A stretch of 64,000 bases of DNA from an uncultured delta proteobacterium (GTDB lineage: Bacteria > Desulfobacterota > Binatia > UBA9968). A program made the position numbers and the translations under genes. The stretch lies in NCBI GenBank assembly GCA_963737905.1, contig CAVTUQ010000008.1, positions 1-64,000 of the forward strand. The letters are read 5' to 3'. The notes beneath the pieces are model-generated. The model worked only from the letters and a program-made list of their open reading frames with translations. It was not told where the DNA came from and made no database searches. This document shows, piece after piece, positions 20,612 to 30,063 of this stretch; within the stretch, counting starts at the first letter, position 1; every line of letters begins with the position of its first letter.

Positions 20612-20673
20612 CATTACGTATCTGAACCTTCGAAGAATTGTCGCAGTCGGTGGCCGAAAATTAGAAGAGCTTA

Positions 20674-21144
20674 TTGTTGCAAAATGGCGGTTTTATGACT
20701 TTGCGGAAATTTGAAAGAGTCTTGTCGGACATTAAGGGATTCACTTTAGCGGAGCTGATGGCCACGGTTGGAGTATTTGCAGTCTTGGTGGCGGTCGCGG
20801 TCCCCAATTATCTTGCCTTCCAACCGAATATGCGTTTAAACGGTGCTTCCAGAGAGGTCTTGGGCAAGCTCATGTGGGCTCGCTCCAAGGCGGTGACTGA
20901 AAATATCACTTACGACGTGACTTTCCCGACAGATCACACACTCGAAATCCGCAAAGCCGGCGTGTTGATCCAATCCGTAGATATCCAAACGGACTATACC
21001 GAGGTTACCTTCAGCAAGAGCGGTGATGATCCGACCTTCAATTCCAGAGGAACCGCTGGGGGCGCTACGACCATAACCATTACTAACTCCAGTGGATCCA
21101 AAACGGTGACTGTGACCGCAACGGGAAACGTGAGGATCAGTTAG
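20674..21144 (+). CDS. FimT/FimU-like minor pilin
   Basis: Prepilin site KG|FTLAEL; GspH/FimT-like C-terminus FNSRG...TGNVRI. Confidence 0.85.
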   Translation: MLQNGGFMTLRKFERVLSDIKGFTLAELMATVGVFAVLVAVAVPNYLAFQPNMRLNGASREVLGKLMWARSKAVTENITYDVTFPTDHTLEIRKAGVLIQSVDIQTDYTEVTFSKSGDDPTFNSRGTAGGATTITITNSSGSKTVTVTATGNVRIS

Positions 21145-21146
21145 AT

Positions 21147-21560
21147 ATGGGCATCGAGGAAAAGACAGCAGACTGCAGAGAGGAGGATGGCTTTACCCTG
21201 TTGGAGTTGCTTGTTGCGCTTACGATTCTATCCGTCGGATTACTAGGAACGGCGATGCTCACGACCGGAACTATTCGCGGCAATTTCTTCAGCAAGAACA
21301 TCACCTCAGCCACGGCCGTTGCGCAAACGACGATTGAAGGAGCGCAAAGGGTCGGCTACACAGCTGTGAATACGTACGTCACTGACTCCAGTAAGGTGCC
21401 GCCCACTGTTTCCATGGGGGGAGTTTCTTTTTCTCAATCCGCGTCCGTAACGAATAACTCACCAGCGAGCAACATGAAAACGATTTCCATTACGGTGAGT
21501 TGGAACGAGGCGAATAACGCGGCTCGTTCCGTAACTTTGCAGACTATTCTTTCACAATAG
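21147..21560 (+). CDS. PilV-like minor pilin
   Basis: G|FTLLELLVALTILSVGLLG; ITVSW. Confidence 0.85.
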   Translation: MGIEEKTADCREEDGFTLLELLVALTILSVGLLGTAMLTTGTIRGNFFSKNITSATAVAQTTIEGAQRVGYTAVNTYVTDSSKVPPTVSMGGVSFSQSASVTNNSPASNMKTISITVSWNEANNAARSVTLQTILSQ

Positions 21561-21572
21561 GCAGAACTTTAA

Positions 21573-22169
21573 ATGCAGTATTGCAAGCTACGAAATGTTG
21601 CTGGGTTTACGCTTACTGAATTGATGGTTGCCATGGGCATCGGTATGGTTGTGCTAGCGGCAGTGACAACGACTTTCATGGCCCAGGCCAAATTCTACAA
21701 CGCCCAGGAACAAATCAATGAGATGCAACAGAACACCCGCGGTGCGCTCGACATCATAACCCGCGAGCTCAAAATGGCGGGATACAAGCCAAACGGTGGC
21801 ACGTTTGACGGCGTGACTTATAGCGTCTCGCAGCTAATGATTCAGGCTGACTTAGATGGCAACGGCGGGATTAGCACTAGTGGGAGTGCCAACGAACAAA
21901 TCAGCTACGCCTACGACAGCACAAATAAGCAGATAACGCGAAAGATAGGTACAGGGACGGTCGAAGTTCTGGCCGACAACATTACAGCTTTTACGTTCAG
22001 CTATCTTAATTCCAACGGGGCCACAACCACGACATCCTCGAGTATCCGCCAGGTCGCCATCAGCATCACTGCGATAGCAGCGAAGCCAGATCTAAACTAT
22101 TCACCCAACAATGGTTACCGAACCTACCAGATAACCGCGACGATCACTCCTCCCAATCTGGGACTGTAG
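21573..22169 (+). CDS. PilW-like minor pilin
   Basis: G|FTLTELMVA; QQN.R.ALD...RELKMAGY; PPN terminus. Confidence 0.85.
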   Translation: MQYCKLRNVAGFTLTELMVAMGIGMVVLAAVTTTFMAQAKFYNAQEQINEMQQNTRGALDIITRELKMAGYKPNGGTFDGVTYSVSQLMIQADLDGNGGISTSGSANEQISYAYDSTNKQITRKIGTGTVEVLADNITAFTFSYLNSNGATTTTSSSIRQVAISITAIAAKPDLNYSPNNGYRTYQITATITPPNLGL

Positions 22170-22170
22170 C

Positions 22171-23341
22171 GTGGATGTCGTGTTAACGATGATTCATCGA
22201 AAGTTAAAAATCCCTGCCATGCGTAATACTATAGGGAACGACAAGGGTTTTCTCCTCATAGCTGCCCTGACCTTGATGGCTACGCTAACATTGCTGGCGA
22301 CGACGGCCTTCATTCTCTCGTCGACGGACATCAAGATCGGTGGCAACTTCAGAAACAACCAGATGGTTCTGCAGGTGGCTATGGCGGGGGCGGAAAGGGC
22401 GCGAGAGGCTCTTAGAATAGAAAACCTCGCGAGCAGTAATAAAGCCTCGTTCAGCGATGAGCTAAACTCCGCGACGCGTAAAGGCGCTAACGGTGCTCTA
22501 AACGGCTACACGACCATAACCGACGATATGCCCTTGGTAAATGGGACTATGAACAACGTCACGTATGCTGCCTACCTGACGAATGACAATCTTAACGGGG
22601 ACACTTATCTGAGTACCACCGATAACAACGGTAAAGTGCTCGTAACATCCGTTGCAACGGGGCCCAATAACTCGAAGGCGAAGGTTGAAATCGTTGTGAC
22701 TTTATTTCCTCCACCTTCAACTCCGGCGACAATCTACTCCAAAGACAATGTTACTACTAATGGTTCTTCTATGAACATTAGCGGAAACGATGCCTGTAGC
22801 GCCGGCACTAATCTTGCTCCCATCTTTACCAAAGATCCTGCGACGACCAATTCGAACGGCAGCCCCACGTTTACCGGCAGTCCACCGACGCCTCAGCATG
22901 GCACTCTAGATATAGATATCCAAGGCTATGTCGATGCGCTCAAAGGCAGCGCGACAACGACATTAACCGCCGATCAATCAGGCGGAACTTACGGAAGCTC
23001 GAGCAACTATGTTACCGTTTACTCGGACGCCACCCTACAAGCGGATGGCGAGTTGAGGCTCAATAACGTTACCGGGTACGGTATCCTTCTAGTAAAGGGC
23101 GATTTGCAGATGGCCGGTAACTTTGAACTGGAACGGGCTGATTTTTGTGACCGGGGTAATAACCACGAGCGGTGGCGGTTCTAATGCCAAAAATATTCAG
23201 GGCTTGATATTTGCTGGTGCGTCTGCTCTGGGTGATACAGTCATTAACGGAAGTGTCACCGTCGGCTATGATAGCTGCAAAGTGAAGCAAGCTCTGGCTG
23301 GCCAACCGTTGAAGGTAGTCAATTGGAAGCAGGGCTACTGA
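22171..23341 (+). CDS. PilX-like minor pilin with large C-terminal domain (one frameshift near 23125)
   Basis: G|FLLIAAL without Glu5, AMAGAERA, GYGILLVKGDL/NWNGLIFV, VVNWKQ. Confidence 0.8.
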
Positions 23342-23982
23342 TCTCTGGATCTGAGAGCAGTTTCCGTCGCAGCTCCTAACTCTTGAGCGTCGTTGAATTC
23401 ACTGGCGTATTTGATGAATAGTTTGCTGTCCCTCGAGATCTTGTTCTTGAACGCGGTAATGTCCCTCAATAGGTCGCGAATCTCCGACGTCAACATCCCA
23501 CTTATACCTCTTGACGTTTCCTGTAGACGATTGAACTCTTGAGTGATCGGGTCATCTTGCCGCTCGGCCTCAGCCTTTGCCTCTGAAGGTGTCGTCGGTT
23601 TCTTTGTTTCTTTTGCTTCTTTGGCTTGTTCAGTTTGAAATTTATCCTTAGCATCTTCTTGCACGGCGACTTCTTGCATGGGTGCTTTATTCGACTTCTC
23701 AATTTTTGTTACGAAAGCTCTTTCGATACCGAATACCCCTCCATACACGTCGAACATGACCTGTGTTCCCTCGTGCCAATAGCGTCCCGTAATAAACTCA
23801 TTCCCGTTTCGGAGTTTAATAACGTAAGCCGCCTCTCCGATGCCAGAGCAGGTTAGGCAAAACACGAATACTAAACTCATCGCTGACAGCTGCATTAGCC
23901 GAAGTGTATCATTCTTCCTCTTTTCCGTCAAAAAACTCTCCCTCGAATCCCGGAATCCAGTACTACGGTCCTTAACACGCAA
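23335..23982 (-). CDS. Hypothetical exported protein
   Basis: Signal-like segment then YVIKLRNG; start probably at MQLSAMS. Confidence 0.6.
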   Translation of the reverse strand: MRVKDRSTGFRDSRESFLTEKRKNDTLRLMQLSAMSLVFVFCLTCSGIGEAAYVIKLRNGNEFITGRYWHEGTQVMFDVYGGVFGIERAFVTKIEKSNKAPMQEVAVQEDAKDKFQTEQAKEAKETKKPTTPSEAKAEAERQDDPITQEFNRLQETSRGISGMLTSEIRDLLRDITAFKNKISRDSKLFIKYASEFNDAQELGAATETALRSRDQ

Positions 23983-24023
23983 ATGCGAGCGGCAGTATTG
24001 GCCTCGGATACCGGGAGGGTGTC

Positions 24024-24200
24024 ACGGGCGCGAAGTCCATAGACGGCTTTTCTTCGGTCGGGCTCATTGTTGCATTGGGATTAATGGACATCGGGGCCGC
24101 GATCGCATTATCGGGCTGGAATAAGTTGCTACTCACCTACCACCTCGACAGTTCGGCACGTCAGGTTCAGTCTGAACTCTACAGCATCAAAATGTGCACG
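24024..24200 (+). pseudogene. Decayed copy of the fimT-like gene of cluster 2
   Basis: GFSSVGLIVALGLMDIGAAIALSGWNKLLLTYHLDSSARQVQSELYSIKM aligns with the 25051 ORF; ACG in place of ATG after GGAGG; Glu5 lost. Confidence 0.75.
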
Positions 24201-24201
24201 A

Positions 24202-24777
24202 CTGCTCGAACAAGACAAGACGGATGCCGCCATAGCCGAGTTTCAGCGGGCCCTCCGTCTGGATCCAAAGTACTTTCCCGCGCTTCTAAACCTGGCCTAT
24301 AGTTATGAGCGCGCCGAAAGAATTGAAGACGCGATCGCGGCCTATCGAGAAGCCACTAATTTGCAGCCACGAAATTTCTTTGCGCATAATAATTTGGGTG
24401 TTCTCTACGATAAAAAGGGGCTGCATGACGCGGCGATTCGTGAGTTTGAACTTGCTGTTGCAATCGAGCCGGACAACGCAATGGCGTTGAAGAATCTTGA
24501 AACCGCCAAGAAGAACCAAGCGGCGATAAAATCCCAGCAAGCAAAAATTCTTCAAGCAGAAAGACAAGCGCAAGCCAAGCCCAATGACCCGCAGGTGTCC
24601 TACAATCTGGCCCGAGTCTATGCCTTCTACGGTCAAAAAGAACTCGCCTACGAATGGCTCGCCAAGGCTCTCAAACAAGGTTACAAGGACATTAGTTATC
24701 TGAGATCCGATCCAGCTCTCCAGAGCATCCGGGAGGAACGAGACTTTCAACTGCTATTGAGACCGCACAGTCCTTAA
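24202..24777 (+). CDS. TPR-repeat protein without an in-frame start at its 5' end
   Basis: AIAEFQRALRLDP, AHNNLGVLY, YNLARVYA...DPALQSIR; frame open from 24202. Confidence 0.75.
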   Translation: MLEQDKTDAAIAEFQRALRLDPKYFPALLNLAYSYERAERIEDAIAAYREATNLQPRNFFAHNNLGVLYDKKGLHDAAIREFELAVAIEPDNAMALKNLETAKKNQAAIKSQQAKILQAERQAQAKPNDPQVSYNLARVYAFYGQKELAYEWLAKALKQGYKDISYLRSDPALQSIREERDFQLLLRPHSP

Positions 24778-25050
24778 GATCAAAGAAGCGCACAAGCGCT
24801 GCAGCAAACTTTTTTTACCACGGCCAGTGATCCACTGGGAAGCGGTTTCCTAGTGGAATTTGGAATTCGTCTGGGCGTTTCATGTCTGAAGCTGTGGGAC
24901 AAATAATGACAAAGAACGGCAAAAATGATTTTTAAGGGAAACTCCAGCTCACAAATCTGACGCCATTTCACGTCACGCAGAAAAACCCAACCCTATGTAT
25001 TGACACGCCCCTTGCTCGGACGTATTTTCCGCCAGCGCAGAAGGGGCGTC

Positions 25051-25497
25051 ATGAACTCTGGAGCCAAGCAGGGCTATTCTCTGATCGAGCTGATCGTTAC
25101 GATAGCGATGGCAGGCATTCTGGCCGCGATCGCTCTGCCGAGCTGGAACAAGCTGCTTCCTTCCTACCAGCTCGACAGTTCGGTGCGGCAAGTTCAATCC
25201 GAACTCCACAACATAAAAATGCGCGCGGCAACGGAGAATGTAGGTTTCCAACTTGTTTATTCCGATGGCGGGGCGAGCTATTCGATTAAGAGAGAGTCCG
25301 CCGTTCTGGTGACGAAGCCGTTGCCGGCGGGTGTGATCGTTACAAATACCGGTGCAATCTCTTTTTCTCCGAGGGGAACTGCGAGCGCCAACCGGATCCG
25401 GCTGCGAAGCTCAGATGGGGGGTGCAAACAAGTGGTGGTGAGTCCGACAGGCAGAGTTCGCATTTGCAAGCCGGGGGATTGCAGTGGAGATTGCTAG
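25051..25497 (+). CDS. FimT/FimU-like minor pilin (cluster 2)
   Basis: QG|YSLIEL; FSPRG...VSPTGRVR. Confidence 0.85.
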   Translation: MNSGAKQGYSLIELIVTIAMAGILAAIALPSWNKLLPSYQLDSSVRQVQSELHNIKMRAATENVGFQLVYSDGGASYSIKRESAVLVTKPLPAGVIVTNTGAISFSPRGTASANRIRLRSSDGGCKQVVVSPTGRVRICKPGDCSGDC

Positions 25498-25909
25498 ATC
25501 ATTTCTGAAATTACGACCCGGGGGTAAGCGCGAGACAGGGTTTACCTTCAACGAAGTTCTGGTTGCCATCAATGTTATCGTCATTGCCGTACTCGGCTAT
25601 TCATTGAGCACAATCGGAGTCATTCGCGGGAACCTGACGAACGATACTACAACTGTCGCGATCAACTTGGCGCAAGACAAGATGGAGCAGCTCAAAGCGC
25701 AAAAAAAGCTAGTCAATGATGACCGATGTCCTAGCTCGGGTGACCACGCAATGACGGCGACTGGCACCCCCAACGGAATATTTGACCGCTGTTGGAGGAT
25801 CATTGATTCACCCTTCGGCCCGCACCTGAAGCAAATTGATGTCACGGTATCGTGGCGAGATCGCGAGAAGCGAGAAATTATTGTTAGCACGCTTGTCTAC
25901 TCGGAATAA
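25484..25909 (+). CDS. PilV-like minor pilin (cluster 2)
   Basis: G|FTFNEVL; LAQDKMEQLK; VTVSW. Confidence 0.85.
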   Translation: MEIARSFLKLRPGGKRETGFTFNEVLVAINVIVIAVLGYSLSTIGVIRGNLTNDTTTVAINLAQDKMEQLKAQKKLVNDDRCPSSGDHAMTATGTPNGIFDRCWRIIDSPFGPHLKQIDVTVSWRDREKREIIVSTLVYSE

Positions 25910-25916
25910 GACCTTA

Positions 25917-26564
25917 ATGCAGCTGCGCCATAAGAGCTCTGGCGTTACCTTGATAGAACAGGTCGTTGCGCTGTTGCTAGGAACGGTTGTCATCACTTCC
26001 CTCTATGAGTTCTATCGCGCCGAGTTGTTTCGCGCAATTTCTCAAGAGGCTAAGACGGCAACATTGGAAGACGCCCGCGGTGCCTTGGACATCATCGTTC
26101 GGGATTTAAGGAATGCCGGATCCTGGGGTACAGGCACCGCTCCGCCGGAGAAAGGGGGCGCTGATGATCCCAACAACGATCCCGATACAGATTGTAATCG
26201 CATTTATGCTGCCTCCGGGGTAATGGTTCATGTCCAGATGGATCTTGATGGCAATGGTAGCTGCGCAGACACGGAACCCCGTGAGAACGTACGCTACGAA
26301 CTCACGGGTCCGACCTCGACCTGTCCAGGGCCGACCATTATCCGGCGCAACGGAGATTGTTTGGTAGCTAATGTCAAGACCGTAACGATCGGTAAACTGT
26401 TCACCTATTACGACGTTACGGGTGCCGACCTCGGTGACTCGCCTTCGCCGACAACAATAAAAAGGATCCGGATTGCGTTTGCGGTACAAGTCAAGAACCC
26501 GGATCCTCGAGTGGGTGGAAATATGACGTCGACACTCTCGACGAGCATTGAGCTACGAAACTAG
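25917..26564 (+). CDS. PilW-like minor pilin (cluster 2)
   Basis: G|VTLIEQV; ARGALD...RDLRNAG; LRN terminus. Confidence 0.8.
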   Translation: MQLRHKSSGVTLIEQVVALLLGTVVITSLYEFYRAELFRAISQEAKTATLEDARGALDIIVRDLRNAGSWGTGTAPPEKGGADDPNNDPDTDCNRIYAASGVMVHVQMDLDGNGSCADTEPRENVRYELTGPTSTCPGPTIIRRNGDCLVANVKTVTIGKLFTYYDVTGADLGDSPSPTTIKRIRIAFAVQVKNPDPRVGGNMTSTLSTSIELRN

Positions 26565-26571
26565 CAATCCG

Positions 26572-27744
26572 ATGGCCCCCAAGCGGAAACTTATATGCGA
26601 CAAAACGGGAATGGTCCTGTTCTCGTCGCTTCTTCTTGTGTCCCTTTTGATGGCCGCGAGCATGGCGGCGTGGATTGCGATACAAAATGATTTCAGAATT
26701 ACAACTAACTTGAGACAAGGAACTGCGGTTTTGTATCTGGCCGAGGCTGGAATTGAATGGGCTAAGCAGCAAATAAACCAAACCGCTATTCATCCGCCGA
26801 GGCCCGCAGATCGCGTGGAGAGTTTCTCGTCCGGAACATTCTCCGTTGTGGTTCTTTCTTCGACGCCGCTTACACCGTTGGTAGCCAAGATTGTCATTCG
26901 CTCGACTGGCGCGTCGGGTATTTCGTCGCAAACAGTCCAAGCACAAATTACTAAGGCTTACGACCTTACCGATGGCGCGATCGAACTCCGGGGAGCGGAA
27001 ACGAGTGTCAGTTTGAGCGGTAATTCATTCTTAGTCTCGGGTTTCGACTCGGATCCTATAAGTGGCGCGCCGGTTGCGGGCGCCAAGCCGCGCTTCGCAA
27101 TTTCAACTTCAAGTGCAACGCTACGAGCACAAATCGAGGGTGCATTGTCCACCCTAAAACCCGGCAATATCGTTGGTGGTGAAGACAACACTGCGGTTTC
27201 TCGGAGTGACCTTATTCCAAGCTCAGTCATGACTCAACTCGGAGACGACCTTTGTCATGCCCCGCATGCCCTAACGACGGCTATACCCGTTGCCGGGACG
27301 CTATCCCTTGCTGGAGAAACTTGGGGAAGCCGATCCGCACCCCAGCTTCACTGCATTGACGGACTTTCTGAGCCCGGCGACTCCGTAACGGTCGGCGGAA
27401 AATTCAGCGGCGTCGGGATTTTGGTGGTGCGAAATGCCGAGCTCATTGCCGATAGTTCCTTTCGATGGGAGGGGTTAATCATAGTAACGGGAAGCAGCGT
27501 TGGATTGCGGGTAGTAGGCGAAGAAAACAAGGAAGTCTATGGTGCCGTAGTGATCAATGAGACGACCTCCGCTGCGGCTACCATGCCGACTATTTTGGCA
27601 CTTCAAGGCGCTATCAAAGTATTTTACAGCCGATCGGCGCTTGACCGAGTCATAAGTCTGTTTCCATCGCAGACACTGGAAAATGTGTATGCATTCCTTC
27701 CCGCCACGATCACGCAGGATTACTGGCGAAGCGTGAATCCCTGA
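26572..27744 (+). CDS. PilX-like minor pilin with large C-terminal domain (cluster 2)
   Basis: G|MVLFSSL, YLAEAGIEWA, GVGILVV, WEGLIIV, YWR terminus. Confidence 0.8.
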   Translation: MAPKRKLICDKTGMVLFSSLLLVSLLMAASMAAWIAIQNDFRITTNLRQGTAVLYLAEAGIEWAKQQINQTAIHPPRPADRVESFSSGTFSVVVLSSTPLTPLVAKIVIRSTGASGISSQTVQAQITKAYDLTDGAIELRGAETSVSLSGNSFLVSGFDSDPISGAPVAGAKPRFAISTSSATLRAQIEGALSTLKPGNIVGGEDNTAVSRSDLIPSSVMTQLGDDLCHAPHALTTAIPVAGTLSLAGETWGSRSAPQLHCIDGLSEPGDSVTVGGKFSGVGILVVRNAELIADSSFRWEGLIIVTGSSVGLRVVGEENKEVYGAVVINETTSAAATMPTILALQGAIKVFYSRSALDRVISLFPSQTLENVYAFLPATITQDYWRSVNP

Positions 27745-27958
27745 TTCAAAGTCGAGTCGTACATGCCGTTTTCCAGGTTTACATCACAGCCGGAAGATGT
27801 TAAGCTCCTAACCCATAAGGCTTTTTTGTCGTGTCGTTATAGGAAATTTGGCAGCGGGAAGTGGTTCCCGTTAGAGCTTCCGTGTCGATTAGCAGACGCA
27901 AGGAGGCACCATAACCTGGAACGGCGTAGACAAGGACGGGGGCGTTAGGGGGGAAAGC

Positions 27959-28342
27959 ATGGATACCAAGAAGTCCATCATGGTGGTCGACGACAACCCG
28001 GATATTATCACCATCATCAAAACAATTTTAGAGGGCAAGGGGTATAATGTAATCAGTGCTTCTAGTGGCCAAGAGCTGTTAAATCTTCTAAAGAACCAAA
28101 AGCCTGATCTGATTATTTTGGATATTATGATGCCTGAAATGGATGGTCTTGAGGTATTGACCAAACTTAAAGGGGTTACGGATACAACGAGCATTCCGGT
28201 GATTCTATTGACCGCCAAGGTTCAATACGAGGATGTCTTAGGGGGATACAAACTCGGAGCTGACTATTATATCACGAAGCCCTTCACGAGCACTCAACTG
28301 ATCAACGGAATCAATCTGCTTTTGGGGGAGCGGAAAGGCTAG
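27959..28342 (+). CDS. Single-domain response regulator
   Basis: VVDD, DLIILDIMMP, LTA, KPF. Confidence 0.92.
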   Translation: MDTKKSIMVVDDNPDIITIIKTILEGKGYNVISASSGQELLNLLKNQKPDLIILDIMMPEMDGLEVLTKLKGVTDTTSIPVILLTAKVQYEDVLGGYKLGADYYITKPFTSTQLINGINLLLGERKG

Positions 28343-28437
28343 CTCTCCCTCGTTCCTGGTTTGAAATTTCTCCCATAGCGTGTGCCGTTCTGGGTTGAAT
28401 TTCTATTTCGACGAACCGGTGCAAGTTATTTCTTCTG

Positions 28438-29076
28438 ATGATTCGTTTCATCACTTTCGAGGGTGGTGACGGGAGCGGGAAAACCACTCAACTCAAAGTC
28501 CTCGAAAGTCATTTAACAACACGCGGTAAATCCTTTATATCGACCCGGGAGCCGGGCGGGACTTCGTTAGGAAAGCTTATCCGGCGAGTTCTGCTCGAAG
28601 TCGGCAGGCAACCCATCACGTCGCCAACGGAATTGTTCCTTTACTTGGCGGACCGCGCACAGCATATCGACGAAGTTGTCCTTCCAGCGCTTGAGCAGGG
28701 GAAGATCGTTCTTTGCGATCGGCACACGGACTCGACACTCGCCTACCAGGGCTATGGAAGGGGGACAGACCTCGGATTGTTACGAAGCCTCAACGATATC
28801 GCCAGCAGAGGAACTCGGCCGGACCTTACGCTCCTGTTTGACTGCCCCGTAGAAATCGGGTTGTCTAGAACTGCTCAGCGTCAGTCTCAAACGGTATCAG
28901 GCCGAAATGAAGATCGGTTTGAGAAGGAAAAAATCGACTTCCACGAAAGAGTTCGGAGAGGGTTTCTTGAGTTAGCGCGGGCCGAGCCACAGAGATTCCG
29001 TATTATCGATGCCACGCGGACCGTCGAAGAGATCGCGCAAGACATCAAGAACATCGTCGATCGAGAACTAACGTAA
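28438..29076 (+). CDS. tmk: Thymidylate kinase
   Basis: FITFEGGDGSGKTTQ, TREPGGT, CDR..DSTLAYQG. Confidence 0.95.
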   Translation: MIRFITFEGGDGSGKTTQLKVLESHLTTRGKSFISTREPGGTSLGKLIRRVLLEVGRQPITSPTELFLYLADRAQHIDEVVLPALEQGKIVLCDRHTDSTLAYQGYGRGTDLGLLRSLNDIASRGTRPDLTLLFDCPVEIGLSRTAQRQSQTVSGRNEDRFEKEKIDFHERVRRGFLELARAEPQRFRIIDATRTVEEIAQDIKNIVDRELT

Positions 29077-30063
29077 ATGAGTTTTTCGCAAATCATAGGA
29101 CATCAGAAACAGATAGAAATAGTGCGCCAGGCATTGAACCATGGGCGTCTGCATCATGCCTATCTTTTCGTAGGTTTGGAGGGAGTCGGCAAGAAAACGA
29201 TTGCACTCGGTCTCACAAAAGCGATTCATTGCTCGGCGGTCACTGGCGATTTCTGTGGCGAGTGCGCGGATTGCGCTCGCATCCAAGACGGTAACCACCC
29301 GGATGTCCGCATTTTAGGGCCACTGGTCGGGAAAAAAGAGATCGGTATTCAGCAGATTCGTGAGTTGGAAAAGGAACTGAATTTTCGATCCTTTTCCGGC
29401 AAGAAAAAAATCGCTATCTTAGATCCTGCCACCCTGATGAACGTAGCGGCGCAAAACGCGCTCTTGAAGACCCTTGAGGAACCTCCTCAAGAGTCTCTGT
29501 TGATATTAATTGCGTCCAACGGTGGTGCACTCTTGCCGACGTTACGATCGCGCTGTCTCCGGATGACTTTCGGTCCGCTGGCTCGAGACCTCGTTAGTGG
29601 TTTCTTGGTCTCCCGCAATGGAATTGAGAAGGAGGCGGCGGATTTCCTCGCGGCGATGAGCATGGGAAGTTTAGGTGCGGTCGTCAACATTGACACACAA
29701 GAGTTGATCGAGAGACGGCGAGACTGGATGCGGCTGGTTTGCTGTCTGCGAGCCGGAGATTACCGCGCTGCTACCGACGCCGCAGAGGTTCTTTCCGGTA
29801 GCAAAGAGGATTCCTTGAGGTTTCTCGAATGGGTTGAGAGTTGGTTTCGCGACCTGCTGGTATATGGCGTCACGCACAGCGGGCAAGATGTCGTCAACGT
29901 TGACCTATTATCCCAGATTCAGCAGCGATCAGCACCCAGTGACTTCGAGCGCCTGTTCTGTCTGATCGCTAAGGCTAAAGAAGCGGTTGGAGGAATACAA
30001 AGAAATCTGAACCGCCGCATGCTCCTCGAAGATTTGCTACTGAACGCGGTTGAGGCCAGTTGA
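29077..30063 (+). CDS. holB: DNA polymerase III delta' subunit
   Basis: HAYLF.G..GVGK, CGECADC, HPD, AQNALLKTLEEPP, TLRSRC. Confidence 0.93.
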   Translation: MSFSQIIGHQKQIEIVRQALNHGRLHHAYLFVGLEGVGKKTIALGLTKAIHCSAVTGDFCGECADCARIQDGNHPDVRILGPLVGKKEIGIQQIRELEKELNFRSFSGKKKIAILDPATLMNVAAQNALLKTLEEPPQESLLILIASNGGALLPTLRSRCLRMTFGPLARDLVSGFLVSRNGIEKEAADFLAAMSMGSLGAVVNIDTQELIERRRDWMRLVCCLRAGDYRAATDAAEVLSGSKEDSLRFLEWVESWFRDLLVYGVTHSGQDVVNVDLLSQIQQRSAPSDFERLFCLIAKAKEAVGGIQRNLNRRMLLEDLLLNAVEAS

